Source: Octopus sinensis (taxonomy: Eukaryota). Taken from it: a stretch of DNA of 64,000 bases. Every line of letters begins with the position of its first letter. The stretch's first letter is position 1. The stretch is from contig NC_043005.1 in assembly GCF_006345805.1 (NCBI RefSeq), positions 7,936,001-8,000,000 on the forward strand, read 5' to 3'. Shown here in pieces: positions 38,592 through 51,730 of the stretch. The notes under the pieces are model-generated. The model saw only the letters and a list, made by a program, of their open reading frames with translations, was not told where the DNA came from and did not search any database. Made by a program: the position numbers and the translations under genes.

Positions 38592-38980
38592 AATTACGGG
38601 ATTTTCGGTTTGAACGGCAGTTTTTTTCTAGCAGTGTCATATGAAATTGTCACCCATAATTATGACCCTAGTATCGATATATTGCATTTCAATCTGTTTT
38701 AGGGTTAGGGTTAGAGGTGGGGGGAAGGGTTTCTTTTTTTCTTCACAAATGTAAATAAATCCAATCTGTGTCTTAAACGAGGGACATATTCATACGGCAC
38801 AGAATGTTTTCACCTTCAATAGACGTCAGTGATTGGTTGAAATTGCAGAAATTGAAGAAAAAAAACAGCAAACATCTTACAAACTATAGAATTTTCTCAA
38901 TAAAACCAAGAGAAAAAGATGTTTTTAGTTACCTAGAAATTATGTTAAAAACTGCCGTTCAAACCGAAAGGATCCGAATT
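38592..38980. mobile_element. MITE with ~34-bp TIRs and internal TTAGGG units
   Basis: TTTCGGTTTGAACGGCAGTTTTT and AAAAACTGCCGTTCAAACCGAAA at the ends. TTAGGGTTAGGGTTAG at 38699-38714. Confidence 0.8.
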
Positions 38981-40021
38981 ACGAATGCTGTTTGGCAATG
39001 AAAACATCAGCTCGATCAATGGTAGGAATTGGTAGCAACTAGAAATAGACTTTAGTCTTTGACTTCTACAGTGAAGAAATGCTGTTTGAAAAACATAATC
39101 GTTTCGACCAATTTACACAGTGAATAAGAACTGGGGAGTAGTACTAATGTTGCAGTAAAATAGTTGGTAACGAAGAGATGTTTCCAACCGAAGGTGAAAC
39201 AACTAATTGTAACTCAAGACGTTTTTCTCTAGTGATCACAAGAAGTAAAAATGTTGCAATTATGTTTCCAATTTAAAATTTGAAAGTTCGTTTAAATATT
39301 AGTGGTTTTGTCCAAAAGAAAGAACAAAATTGAAAAAGAAAACATTTCAATATTAAATATTTCAAATTGATAATTCTTAACATTTATGCTTACGAAGTTA
39401 CAAAACACCTGGTTGATATTAATATATAGCAAATAAATTAAACACAGAACTGTCGAGGATAAGGAAAAATAACAAAAAAAGAACCATAGCAATTAATGAA
39501 AATTAAAAGCAAAGAAAATGTTTACAAGAAATGAAAAGAAAACAAAATAGAAAGTAAAGAACATTTTCCAGGTTTCATAATTTAAACATTGTTGCAGAGA
39601 TAGTACACCAGTGAATTTAGCTGTGTTAATATGGAGTGAATTGGAATCGTATCGATGTGAAGAAAGAAATTTCAAAATAGAGAAATATACAGCGAAAGGG
39701 AAAGAAGGCACATTTCCGAACAGGTTAACATATGATATATTAATATAGTTAAAACTATCTTAATTATAAATTATTAATTATGTTTTCATCATGCACAGGA
39801 AAGAATAATGAGATGCATATAATTCATTTTTTGAAGCATTTTCGAAAAGGAAAAGAAAAGAAAACATTAGTAACACGAAAACCAAATTTTAACAGAAATA
39901 TTACCGTTAATTTTAACAGTCATATTCCTTGTTTTATATTAACATATACACGTTTGACAATATTATGCTATAGGATGTTGTATATGTGTGTGTGTGTGTG
40001 TGTGTGCGCGAGCGTGTGTGC

Positions 40022-40060
<39 letters not shown>

Positions 40061-40063
<3 letters not shown>

Positions 40064-41081
40064 ATATATATAAAACTCTAGTTGTGTGAGTGTCTGTCCC
40101 CTTCGATTTAGATTCCTAACTCCTCCCACATTTTGCGGTGCAGTTTAACCAAATTCGGGTATCTTATAGTCGTGATTCATATTGAGCCCGCCTGACTATT
40201 AGCGCGCGTCAACTATGAGTCTACGATTTTAAAAATAATTTAACATCATTTTTTATTCCATTTTAATGCATAAAATGCATCGTATGTCGATGGCGGCGGA
40301 GTTGGCGTCCACGCTCACAGCTGCACCTGTTTGCTTCTCCCCCTTCGCGCCCTCGTGAAGCTGTGGGGAAGGGAGTGTAAAGAAATCAACGTCGTAATGC
40401 GTTGTGAAGGAAACCAGCGTTCTTTTAGAACAACGACTTCATGGCTTGAAGACACCAAAACAAAAATGGCTAAGAAAGCCCGAATTTATAAGGGAAGTAA
40501 CTCTCTAAAAATGCTTATATAGTTATTTCCCTTACAAACCCGAGCAACGCCGGGCGATACTGCTAGTATATATATAAAACTGTAGTTGTGTGAGTGTCTG
40601 TCTCCTACGATTTAGATTCCTAACTCCTCCTACATTTTGCGGTGCAGTTTAACCAAATTCGGGTATCTTATAGTCGTGATTAATATCGAGCCCGTCTGGC
40701 TATTAGCGCGCGTCTACGATGAGTCTACGATTTTAAAAATAATTTAACATAATTTTTTATTCCATTTTAATGCATAATTTTTCGTGTGTCGATGGCGGCG
40801 GAGTTGGCGCCCACGCTCAAACACCTGCACCTGTGTTTGCTTCTCCCCCTTCTTCCCTCCCTCGTGAAGCTGTGGGGAAGGGAGTTTAAGGAAATCAACA
40901 TCGTAATGCGTTGTCAAGGAGACTAGCGTTCTTTTAGAACAACGACTTCATGGCTTGAAGACACCAAAACAGAAATGGCTAAGAAAGCCCGAATTGGCAT
41001 CTATAAAGGAAGTAACTCTCTAAAAATGCTTATATAGTTATTTCCCTTACAAACCCGAGCAACGCCGGGCGATACTGCTAG
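40061..41081 (+). mobile_element. Head-to-tail dimer of non-autonomous Helitrons (40061-40566, 40567-41081)
   Basis: Each unit ends with the hairpin and CTAG. They share 5' and 3' ends with the 34251 copy but have a different middle. Confidence 0.92.
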
Positions 41082-41224
41082 TGTATATATAAATATATAT
41101 ATAAATAAATGGTTGAAACGTAGAACACTCTCTAAAGTACACACACACGCACCTTCGTTTTGGGATCACCACTACTTTATTATCTCCTCTTCTCCCTAGT
41201 TCGCATGTGTGACTCTTCTGTCCG

Positions 41225-41420
41225 GCATCCGCCATGATAGATCACTAGCCACTACACATTCTTTAGTTTCTCTCCTAGTTACTTTCTGTGTTCCTTTCTG
41301 TGGAAGAGCGTGGGCTCGAAAAGTTAAAGACTTTTTCACTTCCCGAGCGTTATACTAATACTTCTGTTTGTTTTCTACACCACCTGTCTTCATCTTTCGT
41401 TTTTTTTTTGAATCCCACCC
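41225..41420 (+). mobile_element. Family P2 element with a hammerhead-like motif
   Basis: CTTT-CTGTGGA-A-GAGC-GTGG-GCTC-GAA-AAGT-T-AAAG. Homologous to 5195-5335. Confidence 0.6.
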
Positions 41421-41441
41421 CCATATATATATATTATATTA

Positions 41442-41928
41442 TTGGGATCGCCTAAAGCCTTGAAACTCTACTCTCTCCAGCGTCACCGTGAGCGGTACAT
41501 CATTTGTACGATGTGGAGAATATACCACCAACTTTGCGCAAACGATCTGAACATTAGCTTCAAGGTTCATCCAAGACTGGGACCACGGGCCATACGTCCC
41601 CTGCTCAATTCAAGATCACAGCATACATGTACACTACAACATAATTTCTTTACCTCAACAGGCCCTGCCCTATTTAACATTGTCCCGAAAGAGATCAAAG
41701 AGGAACAGGATCCCATCAACTTTAAACGGAGTCTGGATAGAGTCCTTCAAGGAATACCAGATAAGCCACCCATAATTGGATACAACTCAGCCAACAAAAA
41801 CTCACTTCTTGAATGGACCATAAACAAAACTTGACTTAAACAGGATTCAAATAATCCTATCAGGTGGTGCTATTAAGTTAGACATGGCCTGGACCAATCA
41901 TTGGTCGAAACATATCTAAGTTTATCTA

Positions 41929-41935
<7 letters not shown>
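41442..41935 (+). pseudogene. CR1/L2-group LINE ORF2 C-terminus and 3' UTR
   Basis: LKLYSLQRHRERY...GPALFNIVPKEIK...FKRSLDRVLQGIPDKP. 3' hairpin GACCAA-TCA-TTGGTC followed by GAAAC and an (ATCTAAGTTT)2 tail. Confidence 0.82.
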
Positions 41936-41965
<30 letters not shown>

Positions 41966-42152
41966 GGTTGAAACGCAAGTATTAAATTATTTCATAATAA
42001 AGTATCACTATTTAGTTCGAATTCATTAATACAACTTATATTTGACTCAAGTCGAAAATTCTAGTACCGTGCACCGCTTCTAAGCAGAACATGATATATA
42101 TATATATATTATATATATATATATATATATGTGCGTGTGTGTGTGTGTGTAT

Positions 42153-42194
<42 letters not shown>

Positions 42195-42906
42195 ACATAC
42201 ACACGTTATATACATGAGTATTTATAAATACAGGCATAACATAGACATGTACACACACCCATTCACACATACACACACATATAAATATATGTATGTATAT
42301 GCATACACACGTGAACACTCTTAGTCTTGTCAGCAGTTTCAATGAGGAGGTGTACTGACACCAAACATCATCAACATATTCACAAGATGACTTTAGCACA
42401 CACACACACACACACGCACACACACACACGCAGATCCATTCCCTCTTGCGGTTTTTAAAATTTTCCGAAACTTTTAATCAATTGATACTAATGAAATAAA
42501 TTCTGTTGCTTGTTGTTTTTAGATTTTAAACAGTTTCGTGCTTTGTAATTACATAAAAATCTCAGCTAATCAAACTTTTTCAGCTCAGTGTGTTACATAT
42601 GGGGATATGTATTTCGGTAGGCCTCAAGCTGTACACGTGTCTGGGTTTATCTGTGTACGTGAGAGAATGAAAGAGAAATTCATACTAACGTATATATTGC
42701 TTAAGCATGAATATACACAATGTTGCATATACATGTATATGTATCTCGTAACATACATACTTACATACATGCATACATATACTATACAGACACACACACA
42801 CACATATACATACATATATATATATATATGAACATATGTACGTATGCATATATATACATATGTACATATGCACACATATACATATATCTGTGTATGTATA
42901 CAAATG

Positions 42907-42948
<42 letters not shown>

Positions 42949-43038
42949 CATGTGTCTATACATATACATGTATGTATACGTATGCATATATATATACATA
43001 CATGCATGTATCTGTACATATTATATATATTATATATA

Positions 43039-43069
<31 letters not shown>

Positions 43070-43448
43070 AATATATATACATCTATGTATACATATGCAT
43101 ATGCACACACACATACAAACACACATATATATGTACATTTGATTAAGTTTACATTTCCCTCACCTCTGTCTGTCTGTCTCTCTCCCTCTCTCTCTCCCTT
43201 TTCCCGTCTCTCCCTTTCCCCCTCTCTTTCTCCCTTTCCTCTTCTCTTTCTCCTTTTCCCCCTCTCTCGTCCTTCCACCCTCTCTCTTTTAATCCAGCTA
43301 GTGAACTAACACAAACCTGCAAGGGAAATGCTTATATATACCTTCGCAACTATTCTATTTACTAAAATATTTTTCCTTTCTGTGTTTTTTTATCATAATG
43401 AAATAATATTGTATAATTAATCATTCCTTATTCTTTTCTTATTATGAA

Positions 43449-43760
43449 GATACGCGGCTTAGTGGTTAGTGTATTCAATTCTTAGTCGAAAGGTAATGAG
43501 TTCGACATCCGCTGGCACGTTTTGTCCCTGGGCAACTCACTTTATTTCACGTTGCCCCAGTCCACTCAGCTAGCATAAATGAGTAGTATCCATATTTCAA
43601 AGGGCCAGCCTTGTCTCATTCTGTGTCACTCTGAATCTCCCTGAGAACTACATTAATGGTACACTTTTCTGTGGAGTAGTCAGACACTTGCTTGTTGATT
43701 TCACGAGTAGGCTGGCCATTGCGTTGATCGGATCAACTGGAACCCTCGTAACCGACGGAG
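43449..43760 (+). mobile_element. Chimeric SINE: tRNA head, CORE-like middle, family-C tail
   Basis: GTCCCTGGGCAACTCACTTTA core, then ATTTCAAAGGGCCAGCC...AACCGACGGAG as at about 18760-18935. Confidence 0.72.
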
Positions 43761-43981
43761 ATTCAGTTGTTTCGTACTAACAAACAGCAGATGCATACGA
43801 TTATTAAGGAATTTTAAAATGAAACGAAAAGTATAAGACAATTGCTTAGATTTATATATTATACTCAATTCCAATAAAATTAGATTCGCTCCTCTATGGA
43901 AAAAATGAAATAATTTAGGCAATTGAAAAATGATTCTTTCGTTTACAATAGAGATGAACGACAAATGAAGCAGCAATGCAT

Positions 43982-44232
43982 GCGTGCATCCATCAATCCA
44001 TCCATCCACCCACCCATCCATCCATCCATCCACCCATCCATTCATCCATCCATCCATCCATCCATCCATCCATCCATTCATCCATCCATCAATCCATCCA
44101 TCCACCCATCCATCCATCCACCCATCCACCCATCCATCCATCCATCCATCCATCCATCCATCCATCCATCCATCCATCCATCCATCCATAGTTGCGTGCA
44201 TGCATACATACATACATACATACATACATACA

Positions 44233-44262
<30 letters not shown>
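43982..44262. repeat. (TCCA)n-(TACA)n microsatellite
   Basis: Directly visible. Confidence 0.97.
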
Positions 44263-44266
<4 letters not shown>

Positions 44267-44660
44267 CCTATGGATTTACACAAAAGCCTAGAAATTTTAG
44301 GTTTTTTAGGAATGAGCTGAATCTCCTCAAAATAGAATCTGTTAGTGGCTCAATGAAAATTTGTAAGACATCCCAGTGATTCACGATCTAAGGGGTTTTA
44401 AATGAATATGCGCACACACGTGGTTGTGTGCAACTACAAGAAGACACATATAAAAAGTACTACTGTGTACACACAGACACACGCAAGCACTAAAGTGACT
44501 TTCATACAGAACATAAATCAGGTGCGTATGCATTCGTTTAAGCACACTCCAACTCATCTTTACAAATTCCAGAAACTGTCTTAACTCAAAAATTCTAGTC
44601 GCTTTAGTAGCGAGTGATTTGAGCTCCATTAAGAAGAACAAATGTCACTCACAGATAGAT

Positions 44661-44991
44661 AAAATCCAGGTTACATATATTTTCTAGATAGCAGAACCTC
44701 GGAAGCAGTAATTATCCAAACGAGGGGGTACTCCGCTAGCTATTCCTCAGGCCAAACATACATTAGTCAAATCAAGGTTACATTGTTGCCAAGGGATCTT
44801 GTGTTAACTCACAGGAAATTTGATCGAAGTGGTCGAAACTTTTCGAGCAATTCTCCTGCGAGTTAACATGGGATCCCTTGACCTTAATGTAACCTTCATT
44901 TGACTAAGGTATCTTCGGCCTGATGAGTAGCTAGTGGAGTAATTACTACTTCCGAAGTTCTGCTTGCTAGGAAACATGTACCCTAGATTTT
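44661..44991. repeat. ~330-bp imperfect palindrome (foldback)
   Basis: Arms 44661-44828 and 44842-44991 align by eye, with a ~13-nt loop and one ~14-nt bulge. Confidence 0.85.
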
Positions 44992-45260
44992 ACCTACTCC
45001 GTTCCCTAAATTTGGATTTTTATTCGCCTGTAGAGCAACCCCAGTTGTTAACTGCGAACTATAATTCTCTTCAGCTTATCGAATTTCTATATGGGAAAAA
45101 TTGACAATCTTCTACGTCAATAAACCACTATTGTTCTTGCAAGTTTTTTTATACCTTCTACGGTTGCTCGAGGTTTACTGACTTCCTACACTTTGATCTT
45201 TGGATCTTACATTTACACAGACACACACATACACACATACAAATATGTATGTGTGTGTAC

Positions 45261-45299
<39 letters not shown>

Positions 45300-45302
<3 letters not shown>

Positions 45303-45860
45303 CGTTTTTGGATTTGGTTTGCAAGATTCGTGTGTTGAAGCATATTCTGTTGTCTAGGGAGAGTAATTTTCTTTTTGTGCTTTATAATATAACACTCTCA
45401 CCGGTAAAATTTCTACTTTTTTTCTTATTTTTATTTTCCTAAAAGTTTTGTTGAGTCTTGCAACCTTTTCAATAGTGAGTTTATTATATTATAAGGCACA
45501 AAAAGAAAATGACTCTCCCCAGACACGACAGAATATGCTTCAACACACGAACACTATAAAGAATCTTGCAAACCAAATTCAAAAACGAAATATAATAAGC
45601 TTTAGCCAAGCTAGCAAGACATTGAGAAACACCGTGTTCTTCTGTCTGAAAATCAAGATAGCTACCCGACAGCTCCACTTCATTAAAATATGCATCTCCT
45701 CCAAGCTGAGAGTCAAAACTATTGAAAAGGTTGTAAGACGCAACGAAAATTTTAGGAAAATAAAAATAAGAAAAAAAGTGGAAATTTTACCGGGGAGTGT
45801 GTTACATTATAAGGCACAAAAAGAAAAATGACTCTCCCCAAACACAACAGAATATATATA
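45300..45860 (+). mobile_element. Penelope-like 5' region with tandem and inverted terminal repeats
   Basis: ATTATAAGGCACAAAAAGAAAATGACTCTCCCC occurs direct at about 45488 and 45807 and inverted at about 45355-45390. 45300-45477 is an inverted copy. ASKTLRNTVFFCLK..RQLHFIKIC resembles a Penelope-like N-terminus. Confidence 0.65.
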
Positions 45861-45995
45861 AGATTAATCAGCCGAAATTACTACGATGATCCGGTTCTTG
45901 ACTGAAGACTGAGGGTTTCGAATGTCCTGTCCGTGTTTATTGTATCGTCTTCTTGAGTTATACGTTCTTGTCCATGTTGTATTTTTCTACATACC
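45858..45995 (+). mobile_element. Diverged partial copy of the 52556/53346 terminal repeat (family L)
   Basis: AAGATTAATCAGCCGAAATT...GTTCTTGACTGA(A/T)GACTGAG. Flanked by (TA)n. Confidence 0.7.
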
Positions 45996-46035
<40 letters not shown>

Positions 46036-46121
46036 TTTGTTCACTTAAGCTGAGATCAATAAAAAGTGCTAAGCCAGTGTGAGAAAAATATCATTTAATG
46101 TTCACAGTATAATGATACAAG

Positions 46122-46489
46122 CTACTAATTGTTTCTTGCTTGGAGATGCGGGTCTAGGTAGGTTTTATAATGCCTTGTGTCTCTGAGCAAGTGGTCTATT
46201 CAATTTGCAAACTAGGACGTTGGTACGAGAGATATCACGAGGGGGAAAAGTGCTGATAGATGCAAAAAGTTGCGGTTTAAAAAATTTTCTTTTGTTTTCT
46301 GATTCTATTCCTCTTTCCGTTTTTTTTTGTATCAATCTTCACAGTTTTTTTTTCTCGTGATTTCCTTTGTGCCAGCGTCCTGATTTGCAAATAGACTATA
46401 TGCTCAGAACTTTAGATTGCTTGGAGACACAAGGCTTGTTATAAAAACCTGTTTGTGACCCGCACCTCCAAGCAAGTAGCTATTAGTAG
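46122..46489. repeat. ~370-bp foldback/MITE with ~140-bp inverted arms
   Basis: CTACTAAT..TTGCTTGGAG(A/G)TGCGGGTC..GCCTTGTGTCTC..TTTGCAAA..GGACG(T/C)TGG..TCACGAG is mirrored. Confidence 0.8.
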
Positions 46490-46566
46490 ATCGATCTGTA
46501 CACCGACTAGATTAATTATGTATATATGTGTGTATATACATACATACCTATACACACATATGTATA

Positions 46567-46606
<40 letters not shown>

Positions 46607-46710
46607 TATATAATATATATATATATATGCTTCTGATGAGTCTGCTTTAAGTATGATACACTGATCGCCACACACACTCATAAGCATATATGTACATTCA
46701 TATAGATATG

Positions 46711-46758
<48 letters not shown>

Positions 46759-46769
46759 TATATATATGA

Positions 46770-47020
<251 letters not shown>

Positions 47021-47421
47021 ACATATAATATATACACAATGAACTTTCCTATCATTTCCGACTCCAAATTTCATTCACAAGGCATATAGCAGAATGTACT
47101 TGCCCAAGATCTCTTGTAATGAGACTGAACGTAGAAGCCACGTGGTTAGAAGTGGACTTTTCAATCACACAGTCCTAGAATCATAAATTCACAGTCACAA
47201 TCATATACGTACAAATACATACAGACAGCAGGCATACATATATACATACATACATAGATACATACATACATACATGCATACATGCATACATACATACATA
47301 CATTCATACATACATACAAACATACATACATAATACATTCATACATACATACATACATACATACTATAAGTGTATGCTCATATGTTGGCATTATTTCATT
47401 ATCCAGAGACATAAAACATTG

Positions 47422-47476
<55 letters not shown>

Positions 47477-47789
47477 GATGCACATACATAGACACAATTA
47501 CGCACACATGCACATGCACACACGTATACACGTATACACATGGAAATCTTCACAGGTGAACTGATGGAAGAATGTATGTCAAGATATTTGGTGATATTAA
47601 ATTATAGGTAAATATGCAGCTTGCAAAACAGATAAAATCAATAGTCAGTCGTCTTTATAAGCAAGCACACACAGTATGGACGAAGCTGAAACCTAATCTG
47701 CTAGTAGGAATCAATCGATACTGTTGACTCTTACCATCAATTCTGTTTATTTATCTATTTATTCATTAGTTACCACTTGGTTTCTTCTT

Positions 47790-47888
47790 ACCAATTCTCC
47801 TCCTCCTCCTCCTGCTTCTCCTCCTCCTCCTTCTTCATATTCATTTACTTCTCATCTTTTTCTCTTTGCTCTTCCGTTTTCGCTGTCT

Positions 47889-47935
<47 letters not shown>

Positions 47936-48760
47936 GACTTTGTCGTCGTCTTCGACATCACCAACGACGTTTTTTCTTAGTTGCCTTCTGCACCATTATC
48001 GCCAACTTAGTCATAAAATACTACGACCGCCACCACCACCACCACCACCATCACAACCACCACCAACCACCACACCACCACCACCACCAGCAGCACCACC
48101 ACCAATACCACCAGCAGCACCACCACCAACCACCACCACCACCACTACCACCACCACCACCAACAAAAACAACAACAACCACCACCATCACCACCATCAC
48201 CACCACCACTACCATCACCACCACCACCACCACCACCATCACCACCACCACCACTACCACCACCACCACCACCACCAAAACCACCACCACCAAAACCACC
48301 ACCAAAACCACAACCCCCCCACAACAACAACAATAACAACAGCAACAACAAAAAGAGCAACGACAATAATAATTATTAGTTGTAGTAATATCATTATCAT
48401 CACATCATTGATTGTAACATTATAATAATCACCGGCATCTTACCATCATCACCATTCATAGTTGCGTCATCATAATATTCGCTGTCTCCGCCGCCCCCAC
48501 CACTACCACCATCAGCATCACCACCACCACCACCACCACCACCACTACCGCCGCCATTACCACCACCGCCATTACCACTACCACCATCACCACCACCCAC
48601 CACCACTACCGCCGCCGCCATTACCACCACCGCCATTACCATCACCACCGTTACCACTACCACCATCACCACCACCGACCACTACCGCCGACTGCCGCCA
48701 TTACCACGATTAGCATCACTACCACCACTACCATCAGCCTCCCAGCGACCCCACCACCAC
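47790..48760. repeat. Degenerate trinucleotide region: (CCT)n, (GTT)n, long (CAC/CCA)n
   Basis: Directly visible low-complexity triplets. Confidence 0.92.
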
Positions 48761-49107
48761 CACCACAAGCATGACAGTCACCGTCGTCGTCGTGATCATC
48801 ATGATTATCCAAATCATCATCTTTGCCTTCACCGCCATCGTCTATATTACCATCCTTTTATTGTTTTGCATCTCGTGGTTTTTATTTGGAGAGAAAGTGG
48901 GGGAGGGGTGTGTGTGTGAGCGAGGGAGAGAGTGGAGGTGTAGGGGAGAGGAGGAGAGAGAGAGAGAGAGGAGGAAAGAGAAGAGAGAGAGAGAGAGAGA
49001 GAAAGAGATAATTTTTTTTTGTTAATTCTTCATCACTAAATAACAACTAAGAGCTACTCCGAGTCATGCTCGGCAGGGGTGTGGCTCTGAACTATTAGCA
49101 AAACACA

Positions 49108-49186
<79 letters not shown>

Positions 49187-50267
49187 TATAGTACAAGCAC
49201 ATACACACACACACACGCACACAGACATATACACCATACATACGCTGACATTGATATATACTCATTGAATTATTACCCCCCAAAAATATCAAAACAACCC
49301 ACTCCCAAACAAAAACCAAAAAAAAAACAGGATCCTCTATAACACACCATGCATTTACTATCATATACATATGCATACACACATACACATAAACATATAT
49401 GTATTTATACGTATATATACATATATACATAATACATATAACATATACACATATACACACACATATCTTTTACTGAGAGTCGAGAGACTGATGTATTTTT
49501 TTTTATTGATTGTTTAGACAGTTCTAAGTGGAGCTGAAGTGACTATGTAGGTGAGGCGCTGCTCATGAAATTTTAATGTTTATATTGCGTACTGTGCTGC
49601 ACCGTTTGTGTGTGAGTGCTTGCATGATTGCCTATGTGTATGCATGTGTTTGAGTATGTAGGTGCATGTGTATAAGTGACTGTTTGTGTGTGTGTGTGTT
49701 TGTTTCTGGTGAGACAGTAGTTAGAACCTATTCGTTGTCAGTAAAGCAGTCGCACGTCGAAGAGTGTCCCGTTGGCTCTGCGCTAATTGTTCTAGATTTT
49801 CAAAAGAAGAATGCTTTGTTTTTTTGTTTTACTTTTTCTCACAGGATCACAGTCAATAACAATTCAAAATGGGTGCCCCACTATGATCGCTCGGCCTGCT
49901 GGAGATAGTACCTAAAACATCCTCTAATCAAAACAGACAAGTTTTGAAACTGTGAATCAGGAAATATATAATTCTACCTCTGTCATTAAGATAGTCACGG
50001 GTGATATTCATTTCATCATTAATCTTGCTCCATCAACGTTGACTTACGACTTAACAACATTAACAGCAATAGCAACAACAACGACGATGATGATGACATC
50101 TTTATTTTTACAGCCATAAATATAAAGACACATTACATAATGTTGTTATGGATGCTTTGTGTCTGGGCGATATAAAATAAAGTTGATCACAGAAGGAAAG
50201 TCGTTTTATAATAGGTTTGCTCAATCAGGGCGGAGCTGGACTAAAGAATAAAAACATGTTGATTTTT

Positions 50268-50430
50268 TACATTATTTATATTTGACGGATATTTGTTCTC
50301 ATCTTGCTTCTTGTTAACACAACGTTTCGGCTGATATACCCTCAAGCCTTCATCAGGTGTCTTGGGGAACTTTCGAACCTGGGTTCTCATTCCTAAGTTA
50401 TTTTTCGATGTTGTTGTTGCTGTTGCTGTT
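50268..50430 (-). mobile_element. Inverted copy of the family-H tail, with hammerhead at 50316-50361
   Basis: Reverse complement of about 50555-50715. Confidence 0.85.
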
Positions 50431-50499
50431 GCATATGGCAAAGTGGTTAAGAGCCCGGGCTAGTAGCCCTAAAATTTCGAGTTCGATTCCAGGCAGTGA

Positions 50500-50558
<59 letters not shown>

Positions 50559-50733
50559 GCATAACAACAACATCGAAAAATATCTTAGGAATGAGAACCC
50601 AGGTTCGAAATTTCCCTAAGACACCTGATGAAGGTTGGAGGTTATATCAGCCGAAACGTTGTGTTAACAACAAACAAGATGAGGACAAATTTCCGTCAAA
50701 TATAAATAATGTAAATAATGCACATAATTCTTC
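50431..50733 (+). mobile_element. Family-H SINE: tRNA-like head, (AAT)n linker, Penelope-type tail
   Basis: A box TGGCAAAGTGG (50436-50446), B box GTTCGATTCC (50481-50490), (AAT)n 50504-50558. Confidence 0.85.
50620..50665 (+). ncRNA. Minimal type-I hammerhead ribozyme (predicted)
   Basis: GACAC-CUGAUGA-A-GGUUG(loop)CAGCC-GAA-ACGU-U^GUGUU: stem I GACAC/GUGUU, stem II GGUUG/CAGCC, palindromic ACGU stem III. Folded by hand; activity untested. Confidence 0.7.
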
Positions 50734-50744
50734 TAGGTTTTTGT

Positions 50745-51060
50745 AATATTCCTGGAGAGGAGCTAATTATACAGAGTTTTCTCTGCATGAGATATTCTTA
50801 GCTTTATCTGGTGAGTATTTGCTGTTTGTCCGGCATTCGAAAATGCTTCAAGTCATAGATGTATGCTGCAAGGTTTTAGAAGATTTTCTAAACGTTACCT
50901 TTTAATTAGGTTCAACAGGTCGTTTTCGAAGGCCACTAATTCTTTAAGATGGACATTTTTTGTGGTAAATCCATACTTGAAATGAGATAAATCTTTCTGG
51001 GGTTCAAAACAGTGTGCTTCCCAGAGAATAGGTTGTTAAGTGTTCATTTTTTTTCAATGA
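50745..51060 (-). pseudogene. Penelope-like element N-terminal fragment
   Basis: Minus strand FKYGFTTKNVHLKELVAFENDLLNLIKR, which resembles the YGFK...LIAFENDLLNMIK pattern of Penelope-like ORFs. Confidence 0.55.
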
Positions 51061-51219
51061 GTTTTTTGTATTCTTATATTCCTCATTGAATACGGTACCT
51101 GATAACTCTTCCTGCAGGTATTCAAGTTTGTCGACATAGCTCATCTAAATAGGAGTGGAGAACGAACAGATTTGGCAATGCAAACAAGAAAACAGGAAAA
51201 ATGGAAGTAAAAACATTGC

Positions 51220-51344
<125 letters not shown>

Positions 51345-51604
51345 GGAGTGACTGAAGAGACGAGCGTTTCGTGCGCTGGCACTTACTAAGGGGTTACGAA
51401 TTTAGATGCAGGTGATAATGTCATTTCCCAGGATAGTTTTGAAACAAATTATAAATATAATTACAATGTCGCGTGGTTAATTCTTTTTCTTCAGATAGTT
51501 TGCCCATTAAGTCGTTCAATAAATTCAATTAATGAATAAAGAATAAGGAAGACATGTGCATACTTAAACACACGTAAATGAGAGTGTAGGCGAATGAAAC
51601 TACA

Positions 51605-51730
<126 letters not shown>

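Noticed and set aside
38699-38714. Telomere or interstitial telomeric array
   Set aside because: Under three units, lying inside a TIR element.
44905-44960. Hammerhead from CTGATGAGTAG in the palindrome arm
   Set aside because: No GAAA directly follows a stem II, and stems I and III cannot be formed.
47724-48713. 233-aa Pro/His/Thr-rich ORF and overlapping frames
   Set aside because: Degenerate CAC/CCA triplets are open in several frames on both strands, with no domain or splice support.
50431-50504. Functional tRNA genes at the SINE heads (also 18557, 19434, 43449)
   Set aside because: A and B boxes are present but I could not form a complete cloverleaf, and each runs into SINE body sequence.
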